Positions 8,987 through 20,151 of a stretch of 64,000 bases of DNA are shown here, piece after piece; within the stretch, counting starts at the first letter, position 1, and the number at the start of each line of letters is the position of its first letter. Location of the stretch: assembly GCA_963744645.1 (NCBI GenBank), contig CAVUUN010000014.1:1308976-1372975 (forward strand), read 5' to 3'. The notes beneath the pieces were generated by a model. The model was given only the letters and a program-made list of their open reading frames with translations. It made no database searches and was not told the origin of the DNA. Origin of the DNA: an uncultured Acidobacteriota bacterium (GTDB taxonomy: Bacteria; Acidobacteriota; UBA6911; RPQK01). The translations under genes were made by a program, and so were the position numbers.

Positions 8987-10328
8987 CTACTCTGCCACGA
9001 CCTTTGCCTTCAAGCCCGCGGGCTTGGACGGTGAGGCGGTCTCGACGAGCCGCGCGGCCTGAACGCGGCCGACTCCGCGGAACTCAAGTGCGCCCATATC
9101 CCGAAACGAGCCGGTGATCGCCGCCGCGTCATAATCCGTCACGGCATATGGATCCGCGCTCGCTGTGTCGACCGCCGAGCAAGCTGGTGACCAGGTGGAA
9201 ATCTCCCACAGCCGGGTTGCTGAACATCGAGGCGACGGCCGCCGCCTGCGAAATATTCCCCTCGAGGTCGATTCCAATGTTGTTCTTCACCACCAGCAAT
9301 GCCGGGTCGAGCGTGCCCACCGCGTGATTGACGAGGTTATAGAACGTATTGTTGTAGATTTCGCTTGGCGGGTGTTCGCCCGGGCTCCAGGTCTTGGACC
9401 AATCCTTCATCCGGATGGCGAACTCGCCTTTTCCGACCCCGTCGTAGACTACGTTGTTGAAGATCCGGTGGCCGGCTTCCGGTTCGACAACGAAAGCCGC
9501 TATGCCGCATTGATTGTTGAACAGGCGATTGTTGAAGACGAAGTTCGAATGGCCGTCGATGGTGATCGTTCCATCGTTGCCCCTCTCTGGATCGCCTCCA
9601 TATTCGGCCCATCGCACCTGGTTGTGGAAGACATTACTGTGGACTCTGATGTTGTGGCTGTACTTCTTGGTTTCCACGGCGTTCTCGGTGAATCCCCGAG
9701 CGATGTTACCGCAGATCTCGAGGTTGTAAACCGCCTGCTCGGGCTTGGTCTTGTTCCCGAGGTAGAACGCCTCACCCCAGAATTCCTGCCGGCCGGTGTT
9801 CTCGATAACGCTGTCGCGCACAATGACATCGTGTTCGCCGGAGGTGATGCTTACGCCCGCGGCTCGAACATCCATGATGTGGATGTGCTCGACAATCACA
9901 TCGTGGACAGGCTCGGGCAGCGAGACCTCTTCACCCGCCCCGATTCGCACTGCGCCTCGGTTTCCTCCCGTCCCAACGCCGTCAAACCTGATGTCCTGAA
10001 GGGTCACATAACTCGCCCAGACCCTCGCGAGCCGTTCATTGGGCACCCGGACGACCGCCTTCCACCGGTTGGCAGCACGCACCACAACTGGCGCCTGTGC
10101 GGCTCCCCCTTTCACTACGAACAGCGGTTCAGTGTAAATACCATCCAGGAGGATGACCTGATCTCCCGGTCCGGGCTTTGACAAACCGGTCGCGAGGGCG
10201 CACGGCGAGGCCGAACTGCAGTCTGTGCCCGAACCGGCGGGGGAAACGTAAAAACTTTCGGATAAGGCCGGGCTGATGAACCAGAAAGAAATCAATGTCA
10301 ACGGTAAAGCTGATGACATGGATATCAC
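8987..10328 (-). CDS. Secreted right-handed beta-helix (pectate-lyase-like) protein with an apparent frameshift near 9165-9175.
   Basis: Signal peptide and repeated beta-helix NxxG-like motifs. The C-terminal GDFHL...AVDTASADPYAVTDYDAAAITGSFRDMGALEF consensus is only recovered by switching frame from ORF 9129..10328 to ORF 8987..9277. Confidence 0.7.
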
Positions 10329-10669
10329 GTGTTACTCCTTGCGCGCTGCAGAGCGCCCGCACGAGCGCGGGCAGCGCATGTCTATTAGTGTATTTGTGCT
10401 AACGGTCGGCTTTATAACACACGCGTATAGCGGAGTAAACGAGCAAGTCGGAACGGGGGAGAGGGACAAAGGGGGTAAAGAGCAAGGGAGCGACGCGGTT
10501 CTTTCAAGGCCGCGCACAGCAGCGTTGCCTTTTCAGAGTCACACGCAGCGAGGGTGTTGAATAAGAGTCGGCGGGTTTTCAGTGGCGACGAATAGACACA
10601 AGGGCGTAAAGCCGCTGGCTCGACGGACCTCTGTGGAGCTATGGCAAGAGCCGGCCGAAGCCGAGTGGT

Positions 10670-10827
10670 GTCAGAGCCGCGCGCGAGCGCTTTCCAGCGT
10701 AGCAAGCGGGTTCAAACAGGGAGCGATCGCATGGTCCCCCTCCAGCGCCAGTGCCAACGGGCATGCGATCAGCCGGCTGTTCCAACCCGCTTGCTACGCT
10801 GAAAAGCGCTCGCGCGCGGCTCTGACA
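10670..10827. repeat. Family A palindromic repeat element (copy 2), plus a partial arm at 10941..10979.
   Basis: Arms GTCAGAGCCGCGCGCGAGCGCTTTCCAGCGTAGCAAGCGGG / CCCGCTTGCTACGCTGAAAAGCGCTCGCGCGCGGCTCTGACA. Confidence 0.85.
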
Positions 10828-11004
10828 CCGCTCGGTCGGCCGGTGTCCCCTGCCAGGCGCCTCAGAAAGACCACGCGTTTACATTTCTGTGACTTTCCGT
10901 AAGCTCGAGGGAATTCAAGACCTTATTCGACAGCCTCGCTGCGTGTGACAAAGGCACCGCTACGTGCGCGGCTCTGACAAGACAACCTTGCCCCCCTCGC
11001 TTCG

Positions 11005-12780
11005 CTACGCCACGTCTTCGCGGATAAAGGCCCGATGGTTCGGTCGGAGGCTCTCGATCAGTTGTGCCCGGCTCTTCGACTTGACCGGACGGCCGATGTA
11101 GAGCTTCCCCATCTTCCCCATCCAGCTTTCCGGCAAGGCGCCCGCGAACAGCATAAGCGGCCAGGTGAAGTTCGGTCCGTTGAGGCGCCGGAGTCGGAAC
11201 AGCCAAAGAACGAGCGAGCCGAATCGCCATGCGAGCGGGCCCCACCAACTGTACTGGCCCGGGCGAAGCATCATCTGCCAGCACTTCATCAGCAGCTGCC
11301 ACTGAAGGGCCGAGAGCTCCGTGGTTTTGGTGACGCCTTTCTTCCCCTCCATGCGGGTGTCGTGCAGCGGGGTGAAAATCGAGGGAACCAGGAACGCAAA
11401 CAAACCCCGGCGCTCGATTTCGTACACCAAGTCGAGCGTCGCCTTCACGTCTTCGTCCGTCTCGCCGGGATTCCCGACCATCAGGGTCATCGTCGGGAAC
11501 CAGTTGTTCTCGTTCATGATCCGCAGTCCCTCGAGAACCACGCTCGGCCAGTCGTCAATTGAGAAAGGAACTCCCTTGCTCGGCATGAGCTGCCGGGCCA
11601 GGCGCACAGAGCCGGTCTCGAGCCCTACCAGGGGCGAAAGGATCTTCTTCTTCGGGTGGCGGCTGATCTTCGGCAGCAGGATCGGGCTCTTCTCCAAGAG
11701 CACTTCTGATAACTGGCGAATCATTTCGGGATCGACAACGGCGGGCGCGATCGTCGAGTGACTCAGGATGTGTTGTTCGACGCCCGGAGTCTCGACCACC
11801 TCGCGGTAAAGATCGACCAGCGCATCCCGGTTGGGGAAGAAGAACGGAGTTGAAGTCTTGACCTGTCCCCAGATGAACATGTCTTCGGTCGCAAGTGAGA
11901 TCTGCCGATTCCCACCCTTCACGTTCGCGCGAACCGCCGCCATGATCTTTTCCTTCGGGATGTCGAGCTGCGGGTTCAGGTCCGGGAGGCAGAAGTTGCA
12001 GCGCCGCCCGCATCCGGTCGTCATCTCGACGACACCGAAAGTGGTGCGCGTCTCCGGGATGATGATCTCGTCCCTGCTGACCGGGTGGGCGACTTCCACG
12101 TTACGAGGCAAGTCCTCACCGCGAATCGCACAGTCAAAAAGATCCATGCAGTCCTTGGACTCGCTGCGGCCCTGGACGACGCAATCCACCCCCAACTCGT
12201 CGAACGCGTCCGTCTGCGCTATTTGCCATCCGCCCGACCCCCCAACAATCACCTTGAGATGAGGGCGGTGAACATTCGACTTGATCTTGGCGAAGGCCGC
12301 GCGCGCGTACGCGGAATTGATCGGCAGCCGGGAATTCCCGAATATCGAGGCGTAGACCCCGGCGGCGAAGGTCACGCCGAGCGGGTTGTGGGTGGAGACG
12401 GCCACCACCCGGGTATTTGGACCGATGAAGCGGTCAAGATCATCAGGAAAACAGGCGACCAGCTGATCGGGCGAGTACTTGCGAAGAAGCGACTGTTCGA
12501 GGCCTCTCACACCCGCGGGCATGAATTTTGCTGAACCGTCCTGGTTGCGCTCCACGCGACTCCAACCCGGGTACTTCTTGTCGATGACCCACTGCATCCA
12601 GGACGGAAGCGATGCAATCGCCATCTGTATGAAGTACCCCGCATGGTCTATGCACTCGGTCAGTGGAGCGGTTAGAACAATCAGTTTTCCCCCGTCCACA
12701 GCCGTCTCGCGGCGCTCCTCTGCCGAAGAAACCACTGGGTCCGATCCTCCGGCGCGTCTCTCAGATCCCCTCGAATCCAT
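11005..12780 (-). CDS. B12-binding radical SAM protein (paralog 1).
   Basis: N-terminal cobalamin-binding Rossmann-like region, a CGRRCNFC (CxxxCxxC) radical SAM cluster motif and a long C-terminal extension. It is divergent from paralog 2. Confidence 0.8.
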   Translation of the reverse strand: MDSRGSERRAGGSDPVVSSAEERRETAVDGGKLIVLTAPLTECIDHAGYFIQMAIASLPSWMQWVIDKKYPGWSRVERNQDGSAKFMPAGVRGLEQSLLRKYSPDQLVACFPDDLDRFIGPNTRVVAVSTHNPLGVTFAAGVYASIFGNSRLPINSAYARAAFAKIKSNVHRPHLKVIVGGSGGWQIAQTDAFDELGVDCVVQGRSESKDCMDLFDCAIRGEDLPRNVEVAHPVSRDEIIIPETRTTFGVVEMTTGCGRRCNFCLPDLNPQLDIPKEKIMAAVRANVKGGNRQISLATEDMFIWGQVKTSTPFFFPNRDALVDLYREVVETPGVEQHILSHSTIAPAVVDPEMIRQLSEVLLEKSPILLPKISRHPKKKILSPLVGLETGSVRLARQLMPSKGVPFSIDDWPSVVLEGLRIMNENNWFPTMTLMVGNPGETDEDVKATLDLVYEIERRGLFAFLVPSIFTPLHDTRMEGKKGVTKTTELSALQWQLLMKCWQMMLRPGQYSWWGPLAWRFGSLVLWLFRLRRLNGPNFTWPLMLFAGALPESWMGKMGKLYIGRPVKSKSRAQLIESLRPNHRAFIREDVA

Positions 12781-12944
12781 CCACGGTCTCCTTCACCCAA
12801 ATCCGAAAACTTGAGATTAAGCGATCCCTGCCCGAAAAGCAAACGCGTGGGACTGGATGGACAGGATGGGAGGGGGGCCGGCGGAACTCCGAAAACATGA
12901 TACGATTTCTTCTGTTGACTTATGGTTCGGGTGGCTCATACTGA

Positions 12945-14940
12945 GTGTTTGCGCGAGGGAGAGCATCATTGTCGAGCATTTCAAAGAAACGTGTTCATCT
13001 GTACCTGATCAAGCCGTCCAGCTACGACGATGATGGGTATGTGGTGCGGTACTTCCGAGGAGTCTTGCCGAGCAATACATTGGCATGCCTCGCGGCTCTC
13101 ACCGAGCGGACCCGTGAACGAGGCATTCTTCCTGGACTGGACTTGCGCACCCACCTGATCGACGAGACGGTCGCTCGGGTCGATGTCCGAAAGATCGCGC
13201 GCAACAACCGGGGGCCAAACAAGGCAATCGTCTGCCTGGTCGGCGTTCAAACCAGCCAGTTCCCGAGAGCGGGCGACCTGGCCCGAGAATTCAGAAAGGC
13301 CGGGGTTACTGTCCTCATCGGCGGTTTCCACGTCAGCGGATTGCTGAACACCGTCCCGGAGATTCCCGCCCAGATGCAGGAACTGCTCGACTGCGGCGTC
13401 TGCCTGGTCAAGGGCGAAGTTGAAGAAGCATGGGACGATCTCCTGAAGGACGCGGTCCTGGATCGGTTGAACCCGCTTTACGATTTCACCGAGGCCAAGC
13501 CGGACTTGCAGCACGCCCCGGTTCCCCTCGTCGACCGCAAATACATGAAGCGTTTCGCGTCGTCCGACTTTGGGACGGTGGACTGCGGCCGGGGGTGTCC
13601 CTACAAGTGCAGTTTCTGCACGATCATCAACGTCCAGGGCCAGAAGATGCGGTTTCGCTCCCCGGAGGCAATCGAGCTGGCGATTCGTGAGAACTATCGT
13701 ACCCGTAAAGTCTGGTTCTACTTCTTCACGGACGACAATTTCGCCCGTAATAAGAACTGGGAAAAGATATTCGACGCACTGATCCGGCTGCGGGAAGATG
13801 AGGGAATACCGGTCAGTTTCATGATGCAAGTGGACACCCAGTCCCACAAGATCGCGCGCTTCATCGACAAGGCTGCGAGGGCCGGCTGTTCCAATGTCTT
13901 TATTGGCATGGAGAGCATCAACGAAGAGAACCTCAAAGCCACCGGCAAGAACCAAAACAATGTCGATGACTACCGATACCTGATTGAGGCCTACCGGACG
14001 GCCGGAATCGTTACACACGCCGGCTACATCGTCGGCTTCCCACACGATACTCCGGAATCCGTGCAGGCGGACCTGGACAGGCTCATGAACGAGGTGCAGG
14101 TCGACATGGCCTCCTTCTTCATCCTGACTCCGTTGCCGGGCTCTCGGGACTATGTCCGCTATCTGAGCGAAGGCGTAGATCTGGACCCGGACTTCAACAA
14201 TTATGACTCGTTTCACCAGACCATGCCCCACACCGGCTTTCCAGAAAAGGGCAGCCTGGTCAAGACCAGTCATCACGCCTGGAACACCTTCTACAACCGC
14301 CGCAACATGGCACGCGTGCTCAACCGGTGCGGCGAAAAGCGTTACTGGCAGCTCTTTCGCAACTTCATCTGGTACAAAACGGCCATTGTCGTCGAGCGCC
14401 GACACCCGATGATGGCCGGATTCATGAGGCTGAAAGGGCGGAAGCAGGTGCGGCCCGGGGTTGCCCCGCTGTCGAGGTTCAAATACCTGAAGACACGGGC
14501 TAAAGAGCTGAAGGTTATCCCTGTCGGCCCTTTCGGCGGTGTTCCTCGAGATGCAGATGTTGTGGCTCGAGACCCGCAAACAGTCCGAACTGGAGAAGCG
14601 GATCAGGACCGAGATTGCCCAGCTGAGGGTGCAGAAGATTCACCTGAGCGACGTTCAGAGAGCGTACGCAGGGGTAAAGGCTTCGCTGCCCAGCGTCACC
14701 GTGCCCTCCAAGATGAAACTGTTCTGCCAGAAATGGAACCCGTTTACCTTGTCCGGTCAGTTCTATCTTCCGGAGGAAGTCCTCGGTTTCTGGAGGAGGA
14801 CCTCCGTGGAGCTCAGTAGAGGCCGAGCCTGGTGCGTTCTGCGGCCCACGTTGATGAAACGGGCCTGGCTGGACTTCAAGGTGACCGCCCACTTTGCGTT
14901 GGCCTTGGCGCTGAGGCCCAGCGACGAAATGTCGAGCTAA
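12945..14940 (+). CDS. B12-binding radical SAM protein (paralog 2), with an apparent 1-nt frameshift near 14535.
   Basis: CGRGCPYKCSFC motif and a B12-binding N-terminal domain. The plausible protein sequence continues in ORF 14539..14940 (VFLEMQMLWLETRKQSELEKRIR...), whereas the in-frame tail is Arg/Asp-rich nonsense. The start is GTG 12945 or TTG 12969. Confidence 0.75.
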
Positions 14941-15249
14941 AGGGACAGCTTGGATGTGCCCATAGGCAACCAAGAGCCGACCCGGGCGTCCGTGGGTCCC
15001 CTTTCCAGGGGGACCGGTCCGACTGGAAAGTCGGCCCCACTGGGATCGTGCCCGAGACGCGCTACTTCACCTTCCTGAACACCATCGTGACGAGGTCCTG
15101 GTCGTCCTGCCGCTTGTAATAGACGTGCACCGGCGTCCCTGACGAATAGCTGTGCTGTCCCGAGATCGAAGCGTCGTTAATCGCGAAGGAGCGCGTGCCC
15201 CACTTCGACGTTTACTGCGGACGCAGTAGATAGAGCTGTAATTATCTGA

Positions 15250-17075
15250 ATTGAGATAGTGTTACAGCTGATGTCGAGTATTACCCCTGGTTAGGTACTA
15301 CTGAGTTGATCCAAACCCAGGGTTTTGACCAGTGCCTGCTGGGTGAGAGTCTGTTTGGAAAGGACGCGCGCCGCCCGATACGGGCCCTTCTCCCCCTGCG
15401 GCGGGTAGAGGAGATGGAACTGCTGGATTTGCCCCAGTTCCTCCTTCAACTGTTCCATCGTGATACCCGGCCAGGCGCTTTGAGCCTGATGATGAACGTA
15501 GTGCAGCAGCGAGATCCCCAGCATGCAGCAGAAGGCGTGGATGCGGATCTTGCTGTCGGTCCAATGGTGCATCGGCCCCCAGCCCAGCCAGTCGCCCTCC
15601 TTCAGCCCCCGGAACACCTGTTCCAGGCGCTGTTGACCGGCATAGCCGGCGGCCACCTGCTCCCCGCTCCAGTCCAGCCGGTTGGTGAGCAGAACCGTCC
15701 GGCCCAATCGGTGGGTCATGATCCGGTGGAAAGCTTCATTGTTGAAGTCGAATTGCAGCTGCAGCCGTCCCCCCTTGTCCTCCAGCTGCCAGCTGACCAG
15801 GTCCCGAACCAGGGGCGCGCTCAGCCAGCGCTTGATCCGCCTCTCGACCTGGTCGGCCTTCAGTTTGCAGCCCGGCCGTGACAGATCCGCGGCCAGCCGT
15901 CGCAGGTTCGGCAGGATCTTCCCCAACGTCGTGGTCAGACTGTGGAGCTGTTCAGCCGCGAACGGTGACGAGTAGATCAGGACGCACAGGTAGTTTTGCC
16001 CGTGGACCAGGTGGGTTTCCGTGGCCACCCGCACGCCGGGTAAGGAGACGCACGCCGAGAGTTGATCAACGGGTCTGCTCGCGCAGCGCTTCCGGGGCCT
16101 GATTCCAGGGCAGAGCCGAGATCCAGCCGACTTGGGCCTGCTCCAGCAGCAGCGTATTCTCCAGCGCCGCCGATCCTTTATCGAAGACCAGGGTCACGGT
16201 CTGGCGCTCGATCCCGTTGCGGTCCAGCATCCGGCCGATGCGCTCAAGCGCCACCGGCAGTTCCAGGGCGTCCGGGACATTGCCGGGGTAAACGTGATGA
16301 CACAACCCCAGCCCGTTCTCGCCGTCCAGCACGTAGCTCAATCCCACCTGCCGCAGGTGATGGCGGCCCTGCTTGTTGTGCCCGCGCTGGGCCAGCTGAT
16401 TGCGCTCATTGGTGCTGGCGATATAGGTGTGGAAGTTGGTGGTGTCATAGGCGAGCAGCCGGCGGCTGACCAGTTTCCGGTCCTTCCAGCAGGCCAGCAG
16501 GCGCAGCTGGGCCTCTTCCAGATCATCCGGCCGCGCCTCCTCTCCCGTGCCGATCGCTTGGAAGCAATCCCAGAAAGCCTGCGAGGTGAAGCGTTCGGGA
16601 GGAAAGCGCCAAAGGTTCTCCAGCACGGTGCGTTCGTACCAGTCGGCGACTTCCGTCTTGGGGCCCGGCTGGCAGACCCGATGAATGGCGGCCAAGAGCA
16701 CATAGTGAGCCGTCGAAGGGCCGGAGCGGGGCGCGGGCCAGAGCTGCTCGAGGACCCCGAGGACGCCGCTGTCTCGGGCGGCCAGCCAGAGGGCGCCGGG
16801 AAGGCCATAGTCGGAAGTGGTGGCGCCAACCGGGACCGGAGCGGCCCGATCCTTGACCAGGGCGGCCAGCTTCTCAGCGGTGCCGAGGTAAGCCTGGCTG
16901 ACAATGCGAGGCTTGCCCTGAACCCGGGCGCTCTCGACGACATAGTAATAGACCTGATTGCCTTTTTTCTTGCCGATGACGCTTGCCATATAGGGTAATA
17001 CGAATGTTAACACAACCGGCAAGTGAGTCAAGAGAAAAATGAATTGCCACAGAAAAAACTGTTGTTATGGGGTAA
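15250..17075. mobile_element. IS1634-family (IS4 superfamily) insertion sequence.
   Basis: Transposase ORFs 16066..17031 and 15291..16034 on the minus strand. Candidate terminal inverted repeats GAGTATTACCCC (about 15279) and GGGGTAATACGG (about 17062). Confidence 0.65.
15291..17031 (-). CDS. IS1634-family DDE transposase, split by one apparent 1-nt indel at about 16040-16050.
   Basis: N-terminus MASVIGKKKGNQVYYYVVESARVQGKPRIVSQAYLG is typical of IS1634 transposases. The reading frame continues as ...RPVDQLSACVSLPGVRVATETHLVH in the +1 frame across the stop at 16066. Confidence 0.75.
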
Positions 17076-17111
17076 TACGGATGGATCTGCTAAAGGGGAA
17101 GGCCAAACGCT

Positions 17112-19847
17112 TCAATCGGTGGGAACTTGGGGCCGGGCGATTACCGCCCGCCCGGCGCTTCGCAGTAAACTCCCGCTAACCGTCAGTTTGGTTGGGGTCA
17201 TCCCCTCCACAGTGCCCTCGAAATCATAAACGCGACTGTCAGGTCTCGCCTGAGCCTTGGCTTTCCCCGAGCCGTCCGCCGCGGCTGCGTCCTGCTGTTC
17301 CCCCTTCTCGACGCCCCCGCTCGAATTCTTCCAAGCCGGGCCGGCTCGCCGCTCGAGCGAAGGGAGAGAAAGGTCCACATTGACAAACGCGCTCACCGTA
17401 AAGCCCAGATAGTTCACGTCGGTCGGAATCAGCTCCTCCTCGACAACGTCGTACTCCCTCCGCCAGACGTTCGCCCGGTTGTATGCGTTGAAAACGGACA
17501 GCCCGGCTGTCGCCTTGCTCCTTTCACCCACATAGAGGTCCCGGGTCACGGAGGCATCCAGGCGGTGGTAATCGGGCAACCGGGCTTCGTTCTTTCCTCC
17601 GAATTCGGGGACGCTGAACGTCCTGCCGTTGGGTAGGGTAATCTCCTCCACTCCCGTCGGCCCCGTAAACGGTTTCCCCGTCGCGAAGAGCCAGGTTCCT
17701 GAAACAGTCCAACGACCGTATCGCCAGCTGTCCACTAGCTTGAACTCGTGTGTGGAATCGTGCGACGCCGGGTACCAGGCAGAGGAAAGCTCCGGGAAAA
17801 GATGATTGACCCGCCCCAGCGTATACGTGACCCAACCGGTGTTCGCGCCGAATTTCTTCTGGAGGAGGAATTCGATTCCCTGCGCCTCGCCGCTGCCCCG
17901 GAAGAAGAGGTTGGTGAAATTGATCGGTTCGCGCTCGCCTTCGTCTGGCGGCTGACCGGGCGGCGGCAGAAACGCACCGGGCCGTCCAAAGAATCTCATG
18001 GAGCCGAATTCGGCCAAGCCCTTCAGGTCCTTCCGATAGCCCTCGATGTCGAAAAGGTAGGAGTCGGTTTCATAGCTGAGACCGACGATCGAATGAACTG
18101 CCGAACTGACCGGAACCGCACCCCCGTCACCCAATGTCCAGAAGTCCTGATCCCCTTCCAGGACGTCCTCCCTGACCAGGTTATTTGCAAATTGATAGTA
18201 AAGCCCTCCCGCAGCCTTGAAACGAAGCCGCTTGCTCGCGTCCACGATCACGGACAAGCGCGGCTCCAGGTAGGTCCTTTTGGAACGATCGTAGTAGGTG
18301 GCTCGGAGCCCCGGCGTAAGGGTCAGCCGGCCGATCGAGAGCCAGCGGTCCTGGAGGTAGAGCGAGTGATGCGATCCGATCTGGCTCCGGTTCATGCCGG
18401 CGTCGGCCTCATTCATCCGAAAGTCGTAGTTGACCGCGTTTCGGGTGCTTCTGAGACCGAACTCGATCAGGTGCGAGTGGCCGAGACTCAAGGCGTTGTC
18501 CAAAGAGACTGTGTAGTCGGTCAGCCGGTTGTTTTCTCCTGACCCGCGTTCGGTCGTGGTCTCTTCATCCGTATCCGGATCCACGATTGTCATGCTGGAG
18601 CTCCGATCGCGCACTTTGAAGTAGCGTGAGTGGGCCAGCGTGAGAGAACTGTTGAGCGACTGGAACCACTGATGCGACCAGTTCAGACTGACTCCCGTAT
18701 TGCCCCAACGGGAGAGATTTGTGATTTTGCCGCTGATCGGCCGGGTCTGATCTCCGAAGCCGCCCGGCAAGCTCATCTCCCGGGAGCTGTCGAGGTTGTC
18801 CTGCCCGTTGTAGAGACTGACGAAAAACCGGTCGCGCCGGCTGAGGTTGTATGTTAAGCGTGCGTTGACATCGTAAAAGGTGGAATCGGGCTGCACCGCC
18901 ATCGGTCCCCCACCCCCTGGGCCGCCGCCTGGGCCTCCGGGCGACTGGTTCAGGTTGTAGCTGTTCCGGATCCTGTCGCTCAACGGGCTTTGAAACGACC
19001 GGCGGCCGGCAAAAAGGGCGGATGCCTTGCGGCTTATTGGAACCTCCGTATAGCCGTTGTAACTGAGCAGGCTGGCGCCGCCGCCGATCGCGACCTCTTC
19101 GTTATTCCCGCTTCGCCCATCCAGTTCCAGCACGCTCGAGATCCGGCCTCCGTATTTCGCCTCGAAACCACCCTTGTGCATGGTGATGTTCTCGACCGCG
19201 CGTGCGTTGAACGCGCTGAAGATGCCGTAGAAGTGATCGACATCGTAAACCGTGAAACCGTCGAACAGGACCAGGTTTTGATCGGGCGTGCCCCCGCGAA
19301 CGTACAGCCCGGCCGATGCTTCGTTGCTCGCGCTGATTCCGGGCATCAGTTGAAGCGAACGGAAGATGTCCTTCTCGCCGAGACTTGGAAGGTTGGCGAT
19401 CTGCGCGGGCGCGATGGAAACAACGCCGATGTTCTGGGAGGCGTCCATGAGCTTGGGAACGTCGTATTTGACCGTCACCTCGTAATTCAATTGAGCCACT
19501 TGCAGTTCTATTTCCAGCGTCATCCGTTGTCCGGGAGCCAATTCGACGGTCCTCTCCGAGGTCTCGAATCCCGACAAGGAGGCGGTCAGGCTCCAGGTTC
19601 CCCCCGGGACACCGGACAGGCGGTAGTTGCCATAGTCGTCCGTGACGACGGAGAAGCTCGTGCCCTTAAGTGAAACAAGGACTCCCGGCAATGGAAGTTT
19701 TTCGGCGTCCCGAACAGTGCCTTGAATAGACCCCTCCGACTTGTCGCCCTGAAGACCGGAAGCCGGCTGCCCCATCACGAGCGAACCCAGGAGGACAAGC
19801 ACTGTGGCTGCAATAGCGAAAAATAGAAGGAATTTCAGTCTGCCCAT
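17112..19847 (-). CDS. TonB-dependent outer-membrane receptor with an N-terminal carboxypeptidase-regulatory-like domain.
   Basis: Signal peptide, CarbopepD_reg domain, TonB plug and a 22-strand barrel pattern, which is Acidobacteria-type. It has an unusual extension of about 70 aa after the last barrel strand. Confidence 0.85.
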   Translation of the reverse strand: MGRLKFLLFFAIAATVLVLLGSLVMGQPASGLQGDKSEGSIQGTVRDAEKLPLPGVLVSLKGTSFSVVTDDYGNYRLSGVPGGTWSLTASLSGFETSERTVELAPGQRMTLEIELQVAQLNYEVTVKYDVPKLMDASQNIGVVSIAPAQIANLPSLGEKDIFRSLQLMPGISASNEASAGLYVRGGTPDQNLVLFDGFTVYDVDHFYGIFSAFNARAVENITMHKGGFEAKYGGRISSVLELDGRSGNNEEVAIGGGASLLSYNGYTEVPISRKASALFAGRRSFQSPLSDRIRNSYNLNQSPGGPGGGPGGGGPMAVQPDSTFYDVNARLTYNLSRRDRFFVSLYNGQDNLDSSREMSLPGGFGDQTRPISGKITNLSRWGNTGVSLNWSHQWFQSLNSSLTLAHSRYFKVRDRSSSMTIVDPDTDEETTTERGSGENNRLTDYTVSLDNALSLGHSHLIEFGLRSTRNAVNYDFRMNEADAGMNRSQIGSHHSLYLQDRWLSIGRLTLTPGLRATYYDRSKRTYLEPRLSVIVDASKRLRFKAAGGLYYQFANNLVREDVLEGDQDFWTLGDGGAVPVSSAVHSIVGLSYETDSYLFDIEGYRKDLKGLAEFGSMRFFGRPGAFLPPPGQPPDEGEREPINFTNLFFRGSGEAQGIEFLLQKKFGANTGWVTYTLGRVNHLFPELSSAWYPASHDSTHEFKLVDSWRYGRWTVSGTWLFATGKPFTGPTGVEEITLPNGRTFSVPEFGGKNEARLPDYHRLDASVTRDLYVGERSKATAGLSVFNAYNRANVWRREYDVVEEELIPTDVNYLGFTVSAFVNVDLSLPSLERRAGPAWKNSSGGVEKGEQQDAAAADGSGKAKAQARPDSRVYDFEGTVEGMTPTKLTVSGSLLRSAGRAVIARPQVPTD

Positions 19848-20151
19848 AGGATAAATTCGATCCTTTCAGGACACCGTGTCAGAGCCACCGAACGCAGACG
19901 TGGCGTGACAACCGCCCTTCCACCGGCGGCTCTGAAACAGTGCTTGCTCAGCCTTCCCAATCCTGCAAACACCCGACGTTGTCGGATCAGCAGCGAGGCT
20001 GAACCATAATCGCAGGGGCGACCATCCAAGGTGGTTAAGCGAAGGTAAAAAGATTGTTAACGGTGTTAAATCGAGCACCCGAATCCGTATATGGGACAAC
20101 GTAACCGGATATCAGGACATTGCGTCTCGCGCAAGAGCTGAGGAAAACGAG

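Noticed and set aside
9165-10181. A 338-aa plus-strand ORF.
   Set aside because: It is antisense to the beta-helix protein gene and shows the mirror periodicity of the minus-strand gene.
19848-20151. A possible cobalamin riboswitch in the 5' leader of the TonB-dependent receptor.
   Set aside because: I found no B12-box-like consensus (…GCCACTG…) and no conserved stem architecture. The region instead contains a degenerate family A palindrome. A covariance-model scan (RF00174) would settle it.
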